From an uncultured Granulicella sp. (lineage in GTDB: Bacteria; Acidobacteriota; Terriglobia; Terriglobales; Acidobacteriaceae): 64,000 nucleotides of DNA. The DNA is taken from contig CAXMMP010000001.1 of assembly GCA_963693075.2 (NCBI GenBank), positions 1,044,471-1,108,470 on the forward strand, in the 5' to 3' direction. The translations under genes were made by a program, and so were the position numbers. Shown one piece after another: positions 24,435 through 33,965 of this stretch. The notes beneath the pieces are model-generated. The model saw only the letters and a list, made by a program, of their open reading frames with translations, ran no database searches and was not told where the DNA came from. Each line of letters starts with the position of its first letter. The stretch's first letter is position 1.

Positions 24435-27200
24435 ATGTCCATAACGCCTGAACAACTCGCGCGCGAAGAGATTGACCGCTTGCTCATCTTGGCTGGCTGG
24501 GTCCTCCAGGACAAAGATCAGTTTGATCGGAATGCTTCAGAGGGCGTCGCTGTTCGTGAGTTTTCGCTGCCCAATGGAGAGTGTGATTACCTCTTATTTG
24601 TGGCAGGTAAAGCTGCTGGGGTGATCGAAGCGAAGAAGGCAGGCTCGACGCTTAGCGGGGTAGAAACACAGTCTGAGAAATACATCGCAAAGCTACCGGA
24701 GCATCTGGCGCGATGGAGCGATCAACTCGTCTTCCACTACGAATCGACCGGCTCAGAAACATACTTCTGCGACCGCCGTGATCCCAAGGCCCGTTCGCGA
24801 GCGCTGTTTGCTTTTCAAAAGCCCGCCACATTGCACGCTTGGCTCAAGGACGATCAGACACTACGAGGCCGCCTCAGACAGATGCCTCAACTCGATGTCT
24901 CCGGTTTGCGGGACTGCCAAATCGAGGCGGTAAAGGGTCTGGAAACTTCATTGGCTCTGGACAATCCAAGAGCCTTGATTCAGATGGCGACCGGGGCCGG
25001 CAAGACGTTCACTGCCTGCACGTTCAGTTGGCGTTTGCTGAACTTTGCGAAGGCAAAGCGCATCCTCTTTCTAGTGGATAGAAACAACCTCGGCGATCAA
25101 ACGCTCAAGGAATACCAGAACTACGATCCTCCCGGCTCCGGGCGCAAATTCACCGATACCTATATCACGCAGCATCTGCACAGCAACCGGATCAACCCCG
25201 ATGCCAAGGTCGTCATCACGACGATCCAGCGTCTCTATGCCATGCTGCAAGGTCAGGAACTGGACGAATCGGCGGAAGAGGCATCCGCCTTTGAGACATG
25301 GACGAATGAAGATGGCGACCTAAGCCCGGTCGCTTACAACCCTGCCATCCCTATCGAGCATTTTGACTTCATCGTCACGGATGAATGCCACCGGTCAATC
25401 TATGGTGTCTGGCGTCAGGTGCTCGAATACTTCGACGCCCATCTGATCGGCCTCACGGCTACCCCTTCCTCGCATACGCTTGGCTTCTTCAAGCAGAATC
25501 TTGTCTCCGAATATCCTTACGAGCAGTCCGTGGTAGACGGCGTCAACGTCGGCTTTGAGGTTTTTCGCATTCGTACGCTGGTCAGTGAGCATGGCGGCAC
25601 AGTGAACTCGGAATACCACGTCCCGGTGCGCGACAGGCGGACACGGGCTATCCGTTATCGCCAGTTGGACGACGATCTGGAGTACACCAAGAAGCATCTC
25701 GATGAGGCCGTCACTGTTCCGAACCAGATTCGCGCTGTGCTGCAGTGCTACAAAGACAAGCTGTTCACGGAGCTGTTTCCAGGCAGAACCGGCGAATGGG
25801 TGCCGAAGACGCTGATCTTTGCCAAGGACGACAACCATGCCGAGGAGATCGTCCATGCTGTACGGGAGGTCTTTGGGCAGGGCAACGACTTTGCCAAGAA
25901 GATTACCTACCAGACGACCGAGAAGCCGAAGGAACTGATCGCTGCCTTCCGCGTAGACCCCTTTCCCCGCATCGCGGTCACGGTGGACATGATCGCCACC
26001 GGCACGGACATCAAGCCGGTCGAGTGCCTCATCTTCATGCGCAATGTGAAGTCCGAGGGCTACTTCGAGCAGATGAAAGGGCGCGGCGTTCGCACTCTCA
26101 AGGACGCCGACCTGCGGCAGGTCACGCCCGACGCACAGACGAAGACACGCTTCGTCATCATCGACGCGGTAGGAGTTACCGAGGGCAAGAAGACGATCTC
26201 TCAGCCCCTCGAACGGAAGCGCAACGTGGCCTTCGATGCGTTGATCGATCAGGTGGCCCAGGGCCGCCACGACTTCGATGCCATCTCCTCGCTCGCCGGC
26301 CGGCTGGCCGCGTTGGACCGCAGGATCGACGACGAGGACCGCCAGCGCCTCAGGGAGCTTGGCTTCCCGGGTGGGACCACGCTGAAGGAGATCTCCAGTG
26401 CGCTGCTCCAGTCCATCAGCCCGGATGTGATCGACGCGGAAGTCATCGCGCGGCATGGCAGCCTAGAAGCGGCGACTCCGGAGCAGATCACCGCAGTCGA
26501 GGAAGAGTTGAAGGATCGCGCTTGCAAGCCCATTGACAACGCTCCACTGCGAACGCTCATCAAGGTCATCAAGCAGAAGTCCGACATCGTCATCGACGAA
26601 GGTACGGTCGATCAGGTCATCTCCGCCGGGTACGACCTCAAGCAGGCGGAGCTGCGCACCACCGGCTTCCGCGAGTTTATTGAGACCCACAAGAACGAAT
26701 TGCTGGCGCTGGAGATTCTCTACAGCAAGCCATATCCCAAACGGCGGCTGACGTACCAGAGCATTCAGGAGCTGGCCCAGCGGCTCACCGATCCGCCCTA
26801 TCACCTGACGACGGCGGACGTATGGCAGGCCTACCGTCGGCTGGAGTCTTCCCTGGTGCGCGGCACACCGGCAGACAAGGTGCTGACGGAGATCATCTCG
26901 CTAGTGCGCTTTGCCACCGGCCAGGCTGAGATACTGGAACCCTACGCAGGCCGCGTCACGCAGCGCTTCAATCTCTGGATCGGGCGACAGAAGAACGCAG
27001 GCCGCACCTTTACTGGGGATCAGATGAACTGGTTGGAAGCCATCCGCGACTACCTTGCGGTGAATGTAGAGATCGCCCCCGCAGACCTGATGCGGGACAA
27101 CCCCTTCAGCGCCTGGGGCGGCGTCGTGGCCGCACGGCAGGTCTTCGGGCCGGAGTTGAATGGCTTGCTGGATGAGTTGAGTGAGGCGTTGGCGGCGTGA
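24435..27200 (+). CDS. hsdR: Type I restriction enzyme R subunit
   Basis: The N-terminal nuclease-type region begins MSITPEQLAREEIDRLLILAGW...GECDYLLF...IEAKK. SF2 motor motifs are MATGAGKTFT (Walker A) and TDECHRS (DEAH). The C-terminal region is EcoEI-R-like. The track start at 24396 is a TTG; the ATG at 24435 is preferred. Confidence 0.9.
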   Translation: MSITPEQLAREEIDRLLILAGWVLQDKDQFDRNASEGVAVREFSLPNGECDYLLFVAGKAAGVIEAKKAGSTLSGVETQSEKYIAKLPEHLARWSDQLVFHYESTGSETYFCDRRDPKARSRALFAFQKPATLHAWLKDDQTLRGRLRQMPQLDVSGLRDCQIEAVKGLETSLALDNPRALIQMATGAGKTFTACTFSWRLLNFAKAKRILFLVDRNNLGDQTLKEYQNYDPPGSGRKFTDTYITQHLHSNRINPDAKVVITTIQRLYAMLQGQELDESAEEASAFETWTNEDGDLSPVAYNPAIPIEHFDFIVTDECHRSIYGVWRQVLEYFDAHLIGLTATPSSHTLGFFKQNLVSEYPYEQSVVDGVNVGFEVFRIRTLVSEHGGTVNSEYHVPVRDRRTRAIRYRQLDDDLEYTKKHLDEAVTVPNQIRAVLQCYKDKLFTELFPGRTGEWVPKTLIFAKDDNHAEEIVHAVREVFGQGNDFAKKITYQTTEKPKELIAAFRVDPFPRIAVTVDMIATGTDIKPVECLIFMRNVKSEGYFEQMKGRGVRTLKDADLRQVTPDAQTKTRFVIIDAVGVTEGKKTISQPLERKRNVAFDALIDQVAQGRHDFDAISSLAGRLAALDRRIDDEDRQRLRELGFPGGTTLKEISSALLQSISPDVIDAEVIARHGSLEAATPEQITAVEEELKDRACKPIDNAPLRTLIKVIKQKSDIVIDEGTVDQVISAGYDLKQAELRTTGFREFIETHKNELLALEILYSKPYPKRRLTYQSIQELAQRLTDPPYHLTTADVWQAYRRLESSLVRGTPADKVLTEIISLVRFATGQAEILEPYAGRVTQRFNLWIGRQKNAGRTFTGDQMNWLEAIRDYLAVNVEIAPADLMRDNPFSAWGGVVAARQVFGPELNGLLDELSEALAA

Positions 27201-28798
27201 ACGAAGAACAGAAACCGGATAATCTAGAGCCAGGAGAGATAAACGTTCCAACTATTCCTAGTTCATGGGAGCTGGTCGATTTTGAACTCGCTTTCGAGCT
27301 GGTTTCGACAAACGATCGAAAGGTACCAAGCGGCGATTATCTGTCTGAAGGACCGCTTCCGGTAGTTGACCAAGGACGGCAATTCATCGGTGGCTTCACC
27401 GATAAGGTTGATTTTGCAATCGAACCGGGCGACGGACTTCTTGTTTTCGGTGATCACACACGAGCGTTCAAAGCCGTTGACTTCTCATTTGCAGCTGGGG
27501 CGGATGGAATCAAAATATTGAGGCCGAGGATGACAAGCATGAAATATGCGTTTTACGCTTGCTCATCTCTCCGCTTTCCTAATAAAGGGTATGCCCGACA
27601 CTTCTCACACTTACGCAAATGTAAGTTTCCCGTGGCCCCATCAGAAGAACAGAAACGCATCGTATCCAAGCTTGATGAGCTGTTCAGTCAGATTGAAAAT
27701 GGCGAGCGGACGCTGGAGCAGGTGCGGAAGCTGGTGGAGCGGTATCGCCAGTCGGTGCTGAAGGCTGCTGTGACGGGCGAACTGACGCGAGAGTGGCGCG
27801 AGCAGCACGCAGGCGAGTTGGAGTCCGGCGAAGCCCTCCTTACCCGCATCCTCGAAGCCCGCCGCCAAGCCTGGGAGTCCGCCGAACTCGCCAAGATGAC
27901 GGCGAAGAACCAGCGGCCTAACAATGACGCATGGAAGAAGAAGTACAAAGAGCCCCCTGTTCCCGATTCGTCTTTGCTGGCTGAATTGCCTTTTGGGTGG
28001 ATGTGGGCAAGTGTAGAGCAGCTATCTTCTGCGGTCGTCGATGGCGTTCATAAGAAACCAAACTATGTTTCGAGCGGAATACCTTTCGTGACTGTTCGAA
28101 ACCTTACGGCTGGACCGGGGATTAGCCTTGAAAAGTTGAATTACATCACTGCAGAAGATCATGAAGAGTTCACGAAGCGAACAAAGCCGGAACGAGGTGA
28201 CGTACTTGTATCCAAAGATGGAACATTAGGCACGATCAGGCTAGTGGATACCGACGTTAATTTCAGTATTTTTGTGTCGGTCGCTTTGGTGAAACCCGTT
28301 GAACGAAAGATGGGACGATTCATGGAGGTTGCGCTCAGTTCTCCTTCAGTGCAAGCACAAATGGTTCCCAAAGGCACCGGTCTCCAGCACATCCATCTCG
28401 AAGACCTAAGGCAGGATTGCTTACCTTTGTGTTCCGTTGCCGAGCAATCGGTAATCGTAGACCTGGTGGCACTCCGCCTTTCTCAAATCGATCAGATTGA
28501 CAGCTACCTTCAGGGACAAGTCCGCCAAGCCACGAGTCTCAGACAAGCAGTGCTAAAAGCTGCTTTTTCAGGGTGTCTGGTTCCTCAAAATCCAAGCGAT
28601 GAACCCGCCTCCATCCTCCTCGAATGCATCGCCGCACAGCGCGCGGCTGCCGCATCGGATGCAACCGCCGCGAAGGAGCGAAAAAGCCAAAGCAGATTTC
28701 CTTCGGGAATGACAATGAAGAGGGCGACCCCAAAAGCCTCTGCGGGAAAAACTACACCGAGAAAACCGAAAGCAAGCAAAGGCAAAGCCAAAGCATGA
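27197..28798 (+). CDS. hsdS: Type I R-M specificity subunit with two TRDs and an unusual Lys/Ala-rich C-terminal tail
   Basis: The GTG start overlaps the hsdR stop (GTGA). There are two target-recognition regions separated by the conserved helical spacer (LDELFSQIENGERTLEQVRKLVERYRQSVLKAAVTGELT, repeated as LRQAVLKAAFSGCLV). The tail is ...KRATPKASAGKTTPRKPKASKGKAKA. Confidence 0.9.
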   Translation: MNEEQKPDNLEPGEINVPTIPSSWELVDFELAFELVSTNDRKVPSGDYLSEGPLPVVDQGRQFIGGFTDKVDFAIEPGDGLLVFGDHTRAFKAVDFSFAAGADGIKILRPRMTSMKYAFYACSSLRFPNKGYARHFSHLRKCKFPVAPSEEQKRIVSKLDELFSQIENGERTLEQVRKLVERYRQSVLKAAVTGELTREWREQHAGELESGEALLTRILEARRQAWESAELAKMTAKNQRPNNDAWKKKYKEPPVPDSSLLAELPFGWMWASVEQLSSAVVDGVHKKPNYVSSGIPFVTVRNLTAGPGISLEKLNYITAEDHEEFTKRTKPERGDVLVSKDGTLGTIRLVDTDVNFSIFVSVALVKPVERKMGRFMEVALSSPSVQAQMVPKGTGLQHIHLEDLRQDCLPLCSVAEQSVIVDLVALRLSQIDQIDSYLQGQVRQATSLRQAVLKAAFSGCLVPQNPSDEPASILLECIAAQRAAAASDATAAKERKSQSRFPSGMTMKRATPKASAGKTTPRKPKASKGKAKA

Positions 28799-30267
28799 CC
28801 ACCATCGATTACAGCAGTCTCGTCTCCAAGGTCTGGAGCTACGCGCATGTTCTGCGCGACCAGGGCATCAGCTACGGCGACTACGTCGAGCAGATCACCT
28901 TCCTGCTCTTCCTCAAGATGGATCAGGAGCGCACCGACCTGCTGGGCGAGCCCTCCATTATCCCGCCCCGTTGGCGCTGGGATAAGATCGCGCCACTTGC
29001 GGGCGACGACCTGGAGCTGCAGTATCGGCACACGCTCGAAAACCTGGGCAAGGAGAAGGGCCTGATCGGCACCATCTTCCGCAAGGCGCAGAACAAGCTC
29101 ACCGACCCGGCCAAGCTGAAGCGGGTCGTCTCGTTGATCGATGCCGAGACGTGGATCGGCATCGGCGTCGATGTGAAGGGCGAGATCTACGAGGGTCTGC
29201 TCGAAAAGAATGCCGGTGAGGTGAAGTCCGGCGCTGGCCAGTACTTCACGCCGCGCCCGCTGATCAACGCCATCGTGGACGTGATGGACCCGCGCATCGG
29301 CGAAACGGTGCACGACCCCGCCTGCGGCACCGGCGGCTTTCTGCTCTCCGCCTACGACCACATGAAGGGCCAGTCGCAGGACCGCGCCCAGCAAAGGAAG
29401 CTGCGTGAGAAGTCGCTCTCCGGCGTGGACATTGTGGATGAGGTCGTGCGCCTCTGCGGGATGAACCTTTACCTGCACGGCATCGGCAACGGCGAGAGCC
29501 CGATCCGCTCCGCCGATGCGTTGGCGACAGACCCTGGCGAACGTTTCAATGTGATCCTGACGAATCCGCCGTTCGGTCGCAAGTCCAGCTATCGGGTGAT
29601 AGGGGAAGACGGCGGCGTCGATACAGAGCGTGAGGACTACGAGCGCGAGGACTTCAAGTTCACCACCTCGAACAAGCAGCTGAACTTCTTGCAACACATC
29701 ATGACCATCATGGACAGCGCAGGCCGCGCCGCCGTGGTGCTGCCTGACAATGTGCTGTTTGAAGCGGGAAGCGCCGGGGAGGGCATCCGCAAACGGCTGC
29801 TGACCCAGTTCGACTTTCACACGCTGCTGCGGCTGCCGACCGGCATCTTCTACAAGCCTGGCGTGAAGGCGAACGTGCTCTTCTTCGACAAGCATCCGCC
29901 GCGCTCGGACGGGAAGGCGAATACGAAGGCGCTCTGGATTTACGACTTCCGCACTAATCGCCACTTCACGCTGCGGAAGAATACGCTGAAGGCGTCCGAC
30001 CTGGATGACCTCCGTTCCTGCTACTCGGCGAGTAATCGAGCCAAGCGCAAAGAGTCAGAGCGCTTCCACCGGTTCTCGGCGGACGAGTTGCTCAAGCGGG
30101 ACAAGATCAATCTGGATATCTCTTGGCTGAAAGACGACAGCTTGGATGATGTAGATAGTTTGCCGCCTCCGGATGAGATCGCAGCCGAGATCGTAGAGAA
30201 CTTGCAGGCGGCTTTGGAACAGTTCCTGGCCGTCGCTGAAGCCCTCGCCGCGCCGAAGGAAACCTAG
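28795..30267 (+). CDS. hsdM: Type I R-M N6-adenine DNA methyltransferase subunit
   Basis: The ATG at 28795 overlaps the hsdS stop (ATGA). The N-terminal HsdM_N region is VWSYAHVLRDQGISYGDYVEQITFLLFLKM. The SAM motif is DPACGTGGFL and the catalytic motif is NPPFG. The track start at 28624 is an out-of-context extension. Confidence 0.92.
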   Translation: MTTIDYSSLVSKVWSYAHVLRDQGISYGDYVEQITFLLFLKMDQERTDLLGEPSIIPPRWRWDKIAPLAGDDLELQYRHTLENLGKEKGLIGTIFRKAQNKLTDPAKLKRVVSLIDAETWIGIGVDVKGEIYEGLLEKNAGEVKSGAGQYFTPRPLINAIVDVMDPRIGETVHDPACGTGGFLLSAYDHMKGQSQDRAQQRKLREKSLSGVDIVDEVVRLCGMNLYLHGIGNGESPIRSADALATDPGERFNVILTNPPFGRKSSYRVIGEDGGVDTEREDYEREDFKFTTSNKQLNFLQHIMTIMDSAGRAAVVLPDNVLFEAGSAGEGIRKRLLTQFDFHTLLRLPTGIFYKPGVKANVLFFDKHPPRSDGKANTKALWIYDFRTNRHFTLRKNTLKASDLDDLRSCYSASNRAKRKESERFHRFSADELLKRDKINLDISWLKDDSLDDVDSLPPPDEIAAEIVENLQAALEQFLAVAEALAAPKET

Positions 30268-30388
30268 GCTTAGATCAGGATCAACCGATATCAACTTATG
30301 GGACGGTCGTCTTGATGATCTTCACGGGCAACAACTATTGAAGATTTCAAAACACAATGGGTGTTTGCACAAGTCATCCCGACTCTGA

Positions 30389-30413
30389 ATTGGCCAGACA
30401 AAGTCTGGCCAAT
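30389..30413. terminator. Perfect 11-bp hairpin between convergent hsdM and the Xis-like gene
   Basis: ATTGGCCAGAC-aaa-GTCTGGCCAAT. No clear T-tract on either side. Confidence 0.4.
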
Positions 30414-30434
30414 GTCGGAATGCTACTCAAGTAG

Positions 30435-30659
30435 TCAGGACGCGACTTTGACTGAGTTGATTTTGACGAGATCGGACGCACGAAACCGCCAGAGCTTGCC
30501 AAGCTGGTAGCCTCTGACTTCACCCCTTCGCGCCATGCGCTGGAGGGTTTTCGGGTGAATCCGCAGCAGGGCAGCGGCCTCTTCGGTGCCGATCAATGGC
30601 TCGAATGCTGATCGAACATAGCCATCGGCCCTGGCTGGTGGCTTCTTGGGGACATCCAT
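30435..30659 (-). CDS. Excisionase/MerR-type HTH protein (Xis-like paralog 1)
   Basis: Contains EEAAALLRIHPKTLQRMARRGEVRGYQLGKLWRFRASDL. The ATG at 30659 has AGGAG 8 nt upstream. The track start at 30668 is a GTG. Confidence 0.75.
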   Translation of the reverse strand: MDVPKKPPARADGYVRSAFEPLIGTEEAAALLRIHPKTLQRMARRGEVRGYQLGKLWRFRASDLVKINSVKVAS

Positions 30660-30841
30660 GGCGAACACTCCTAAATCTCAACGAGTCGGCCCATCACCGT
30701 GCGATCACCGCATTACCTAGATTGTAAGCAATTTCCCAATGTGTCCAATACTTCCTAATTATCGGGTGATAACCGGGAGGCATCACCTCCCGACTCGGAT
30801 CGGGCTTGCATCGGGAATTCGAACAGCCGTAGCGTCGCCTT

Positions 30842-33556
30842 ATGTTGACGATTCGGGCGATGACTGGCGGCGCTGGCTATGCACAGAAACATCTGGAGCA
30901 TAGCGACTACTTCGATCAGAACCGGACGGTGCAGGGTGAGTGGCATGGCCGGGGAGCGGAGCTGCTCGGGCTGAATGGCGCGGTCACACATGGGCAGTTT
31001 GAAGCCGTACGTGCGGGCCTGCATCCTGATACGGGGGATTTCCTGCGTCCGCGCCACAGTGCAGACCGGCTTGCGACTGATGGGGAAGTTGAGAGCAAGG
31101 CGCGATCCCTATACGACCTTACCTTCTCGGCCCCGAAGTCTGTCTCAGTCCAAGCCCTGGTGGGTGGGGATGACAGGCTGCTTGAGGCGCATCGTCACGC
31201 CGTCAACGTGGCATTGCAGGAAGCGGAACGGTACGCCGGTGCAAGGGTGCGCCTGGATGGAGCCAATCATAATCGGGAGACTGGCAATCTCGTCGTCGCG
31301 GCTTATACCCATGACAGCAGCCGTCAGCTTGATCCGCAGCTCCATACGCATGCAGTCGCCGCGAATCTGAGCTATGACGGAGTGGAAGGGCGATGGAAAG
31401 CACTCCAAGCCTCGGGAATCTATGAGCGTCGTGCGTACATCACGGAGGTTTATCGGAACGAGCTGGCGCGGGAGGTGCGTGGGCTTGGATACGAGATTGA
31501 GAGTCAGAGAAATGCAAAGGGAGTCGATAACGGATTCGAAATTAAAGGCATTTCAAAAGACGTGCTGGAGCGGTACTCACAGCGCAGCGAGCAGCGGGAT
31601 GAGTCCATTCGGCAGTTTGCAGCGGAGCATGGACGGAAGCCTACGGACAACGAGGTCGCTGTTCTCGTGCGGGAATCTCGCCCGGACAAGTTGCATGAGA
31701 TTAGCTCGGCGGAAGTGCATCGTCTTCAGGTAGACCGCATCTCTCCACAGGAGCATACCAGCCTGCTCGACCTTCGAGAGCATTCTGTCGAGCGCACTCC
31801 TGAAAGAGCACCAGCTATCCAATCTCTTCACCACGCGGAGGAGCACTTATTTGAACGTAAGACTGTTTCCAAGGATCACGAACTGATGACGGAGGCATTG
31901 CGTTATGGTCGGGGTAAGCTCGACCTTAGCGACTTGCGCGGGAGCTATGAGTTTGAGGTATCGCAGGGCAAACTGCTTCAAGTCGGCGGCAACGTCGCAA
32001 CCCAAACCAGCCTTGAGCGCGAGCGCAGTATGGTTGCTGTTGTCGATCGTGGCATTCATCACTACCCGGCTCTGGGTGGCCATAATCACTTTGAGCCAAA
32101 GGCCAGCCTTCGAACGGAGCAACGTCACGCTGTAGAGACAATCCTTGCATCTCAAGATTTCGCTATCAACTTGCGCGGTGCCGCAGGAACCGGGAAGACG
32201 GCGACCTTACAGGAGATCGATCGCGGCTTGCGCGCTGCGAGGCATGAGGTCTTGGCTGTAGCTCCAACGCGGAGTGCTGTCGAGGAATTGCAAAAAGTGG
32301 GCTTTGGAAACGCTATGACGATCTCTCGGTTGCTGGAGGACCAAACCGCCCAGCAAAGCCTGCGGGGAAATGTGCTGATCGTGGACGAGGCAGGCATGGT
32401 CTCGGGGCGGCAGATGGAAGGGCTACTCGACCTGGGCCGTCGTGAGGATGCGCGGATTCTTTTCTCAGGTGACACACGCCAGATACAGAGTGTTGAGTCC
32501 TCCGATGCCCTGCGGATTTTGGAGCGTGAGTCGCGAATGACGAGTGTTTCCCTGACTGGCATCCAACGACAGTCAAACCTCGAATATCGAGACGCTATCG
32601 AAACGTTTCGGAAGTCGCCCGATCAAGGCTTCGAGAAGTTGCAAGGTATGGGAGCCGTGCGCGAGGTTCCCTATATGGAGCGAGCGCAAGCCGTGGCGAA
32701 TGTATATCGAGAAATGACGGCAGAGCAGGGTCGCAAGGTGCTCGTCGTTGCGCCAACGCATGAAGAGATCGGACGTGTTACGCAGGCGATCCGCGAAGAT
32801 TTGAAGCAGCGGTCTGTCCTGGGTAATGGCGAAACACTCCAGCGACATATTCCGTTGCAATGGACGGAAGCGCAAAAGAAGGACATCTCCAACTATCAAC
32901 CCGATCAGGTGCTGGTGTTCCATCGTGCCTCACATGGAATCGAAAAGCATGAGGCGCTGACGGTCACTGGCGTTTCCGGTTCCAGCATCCGCGCGATGAA
33001 TGAGCGTGGTGAGGAAAAGCCGGTTAGCCTGACGCAAGCGAGATCGTTTTCCGTACATGAGCGCACGGAGATTGAAGTCGCTGCCGGGGATATGCTCCTG
33101 ATGATGGGCAATCGCAAAGAGCCAGGATTTCGCGCGACGAACGGAGAGCTTACAACCGTGCGGAGCGTAGAGCGAGGCATCATCAACTTGGAAGATGGTC
33201 GAAGCGTGCCGGCAAACTATCGTGAGTTCACGCATGGCTACGCGGTCACGGCGCACCGGAGCCAAGGCAAGACCGTCGATCACGTCATTGTCTCGGCGGA
33301 CGTTATGAAGCAGGAGCTGTTTTACGTTGCCGCGTCGCGTGGCCGTGAGGGCATTTCTATCGTCACGTCTGATGTAGAGCGTCTGGGCGAATCGCTGGGT
33401 GTTTCGATGGCGCGTCCTTCTGCGATTGAACTGGCGAACGACATAGCCCAACAAAAGGTATCGCCCAATCAGGACATCGGGCAGGGCCTCAAGCAGGAGA
33501 TCAAGCCTCCCATCAAGGCTCAGGAGATCGGTTTCGAGATGGGACTGAGTTTGTGA
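30842..33556 (+). CDS. MobF-family conjugative relaxase (TrwC-type relaxase domain + RecD-like helicase domain)
   Basis: The N-terminal TrwC domain begins MLTIRAMTGGAGYAQKHLEHSDYF. The histidine triad is YTHDSSRQLDPQLHTHAV. The helicase part has GAAGTGKT, IVDEAGMV and YAVTAHRSQGKTVDHVIV. Confidence 0.9.
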   Translation: MLTIRAMTGGAGYAQKHLEHSDYFDQNRTVQGEWHGRGAELLGLNGAVTHGQFEAVRAGLHPDTGDFLRPRHSADRLATDGEVESKARSLYDLTFSAPKSVSVQALVGGDDRLLEAHRHAVNVALQEAERYAGARVRLDGANHNRETGNLVVAAYTHDSSRQLDPQLHTHAVAANLSYDGVEGRWKALQASGIYERRAYITEVYRNELAREVRGLGYEIESQRNAKGVDNGFEIKGISKDVLERYSQRSEQRDESIRQFAAEHGRKPTDNEVAVLVRESRPDKLHEISSAEVHRLQVDRISPQEHTSLLDLREHSVERTPERAPAIQSLHHAEEHLFERKTVSKDHELMTEALRYGRGKLDLSDLRGSYEFEVSQGKLLQVGGNVATQTSLERERSMVAVVDRGIHHYPALGGHNHFEPKASLRTEQRHAVETILASQDFAINLRGAAGTGKTATLQEIDRGLRAARHEVLAVAPTRSAVEELQKVGFGNAMTISRLLEDQTAQQSLRGNVLIVDEAGMVSGRQMEGLLDLGRREDARILFSGDTRQIQSVESSDALRILERESRMTSVSLTGIQRQSNLEYRDAIETFRKSPDQGFEKLQGMGAVREVPYMERAQAVANVYREMTAEQGRKVLVVAPTHEEIGRVTQAIREDLKQRSVLGNGETLQRHIPLQWTEAQKKDISNYQPDQVLVFHRASHGIEKHEALTVTGVSGSSIRAMNERGEEKPVSLTQARSFSVHERTEIEVAAGDMLLMMGNRKEPGFRATNGELTTVRSVERGIINLEDGRSVPANYREFTHGYAVTAHRSQGKTVDHVIVSADVMKQELFYVAASRGREGISIVTSDVERLGESLGVSMARPSAIELANDIAQQKVSPNQDIGQGLKQEIKPPIKAQEIGFEMGLSL

Positions 33557-33707
33557 CGTTCGTGGCGAAATATATTTTCGGGTAACGCCTAGCAACGCGG
33601 AGCAACACATTGCGCTCAGGTGCAACCGCGAGCAACTCGTTGCCCTCTGTGGCCCTCTGGACAAGTCTTGTCGTTCGCGGCATGGTGGATGTAGGGAGTC
33701 GTGAGCC

Positions 33708-33938
33708 ATGCCAAATCCTTCCATATCCAACGAAGCCTTCATGAATACCGACGAAGCAGCGGAGATGCTCGGTGTCCACCCGAAGACATTGCAGCGACTG
33801 GCACGTTCAGGGCGCATCACGGCGTACCGGGTCGGTAAGCTATGGAGATTCCAAGCTCGCGACTTGTGGGTCGATGTTGCCGTCAAGGTCGCGCCTTTGA
33901 ATCGGTTGTACGAGCATGTTGCTATGCCCAGCATTTGA
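33708..33938 (+). CDS. Excisionase/MerR-type HTH protein (Xis-like paralog 2)
   Basis: Contains DEAAEMLGVHPKTLQRLARSGRITAYRVGKLWRFQARDL. Confidence 0.75.
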   Translation: MPNPSISNEAFMNTDEAAEMLGVHPKTLQRLARSGRITAYRVGKLWRFQARDLWVDVAVKVAPLNRLYEHVAMPSI

Positions 33939-33965
33939 ATCTCTCGTTGGTCCGGGCTTTGCTGG

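Noticed and set aside
25395-26456. 353-aa minus-strand ORF, and other long ORFs inside hsdR.
   Set aside because: They are antisense or alternative frames of a gene with complete helicase motifs. This is the usual high-GC long-ORF artefact.
28585-29964. 459-aa minus-strand ORF opposite hsdM.
   Set aside because: Antisense artefact. hsdM carries the full SAM and NPPFG motifs in the plus frame.
32930-33934. 334-aa minus-strand ORF opposite the relaxase 3' end and Xis-like paralog 2.
   Set aside because: It is antisense to two well-supported genes and has no motifs.
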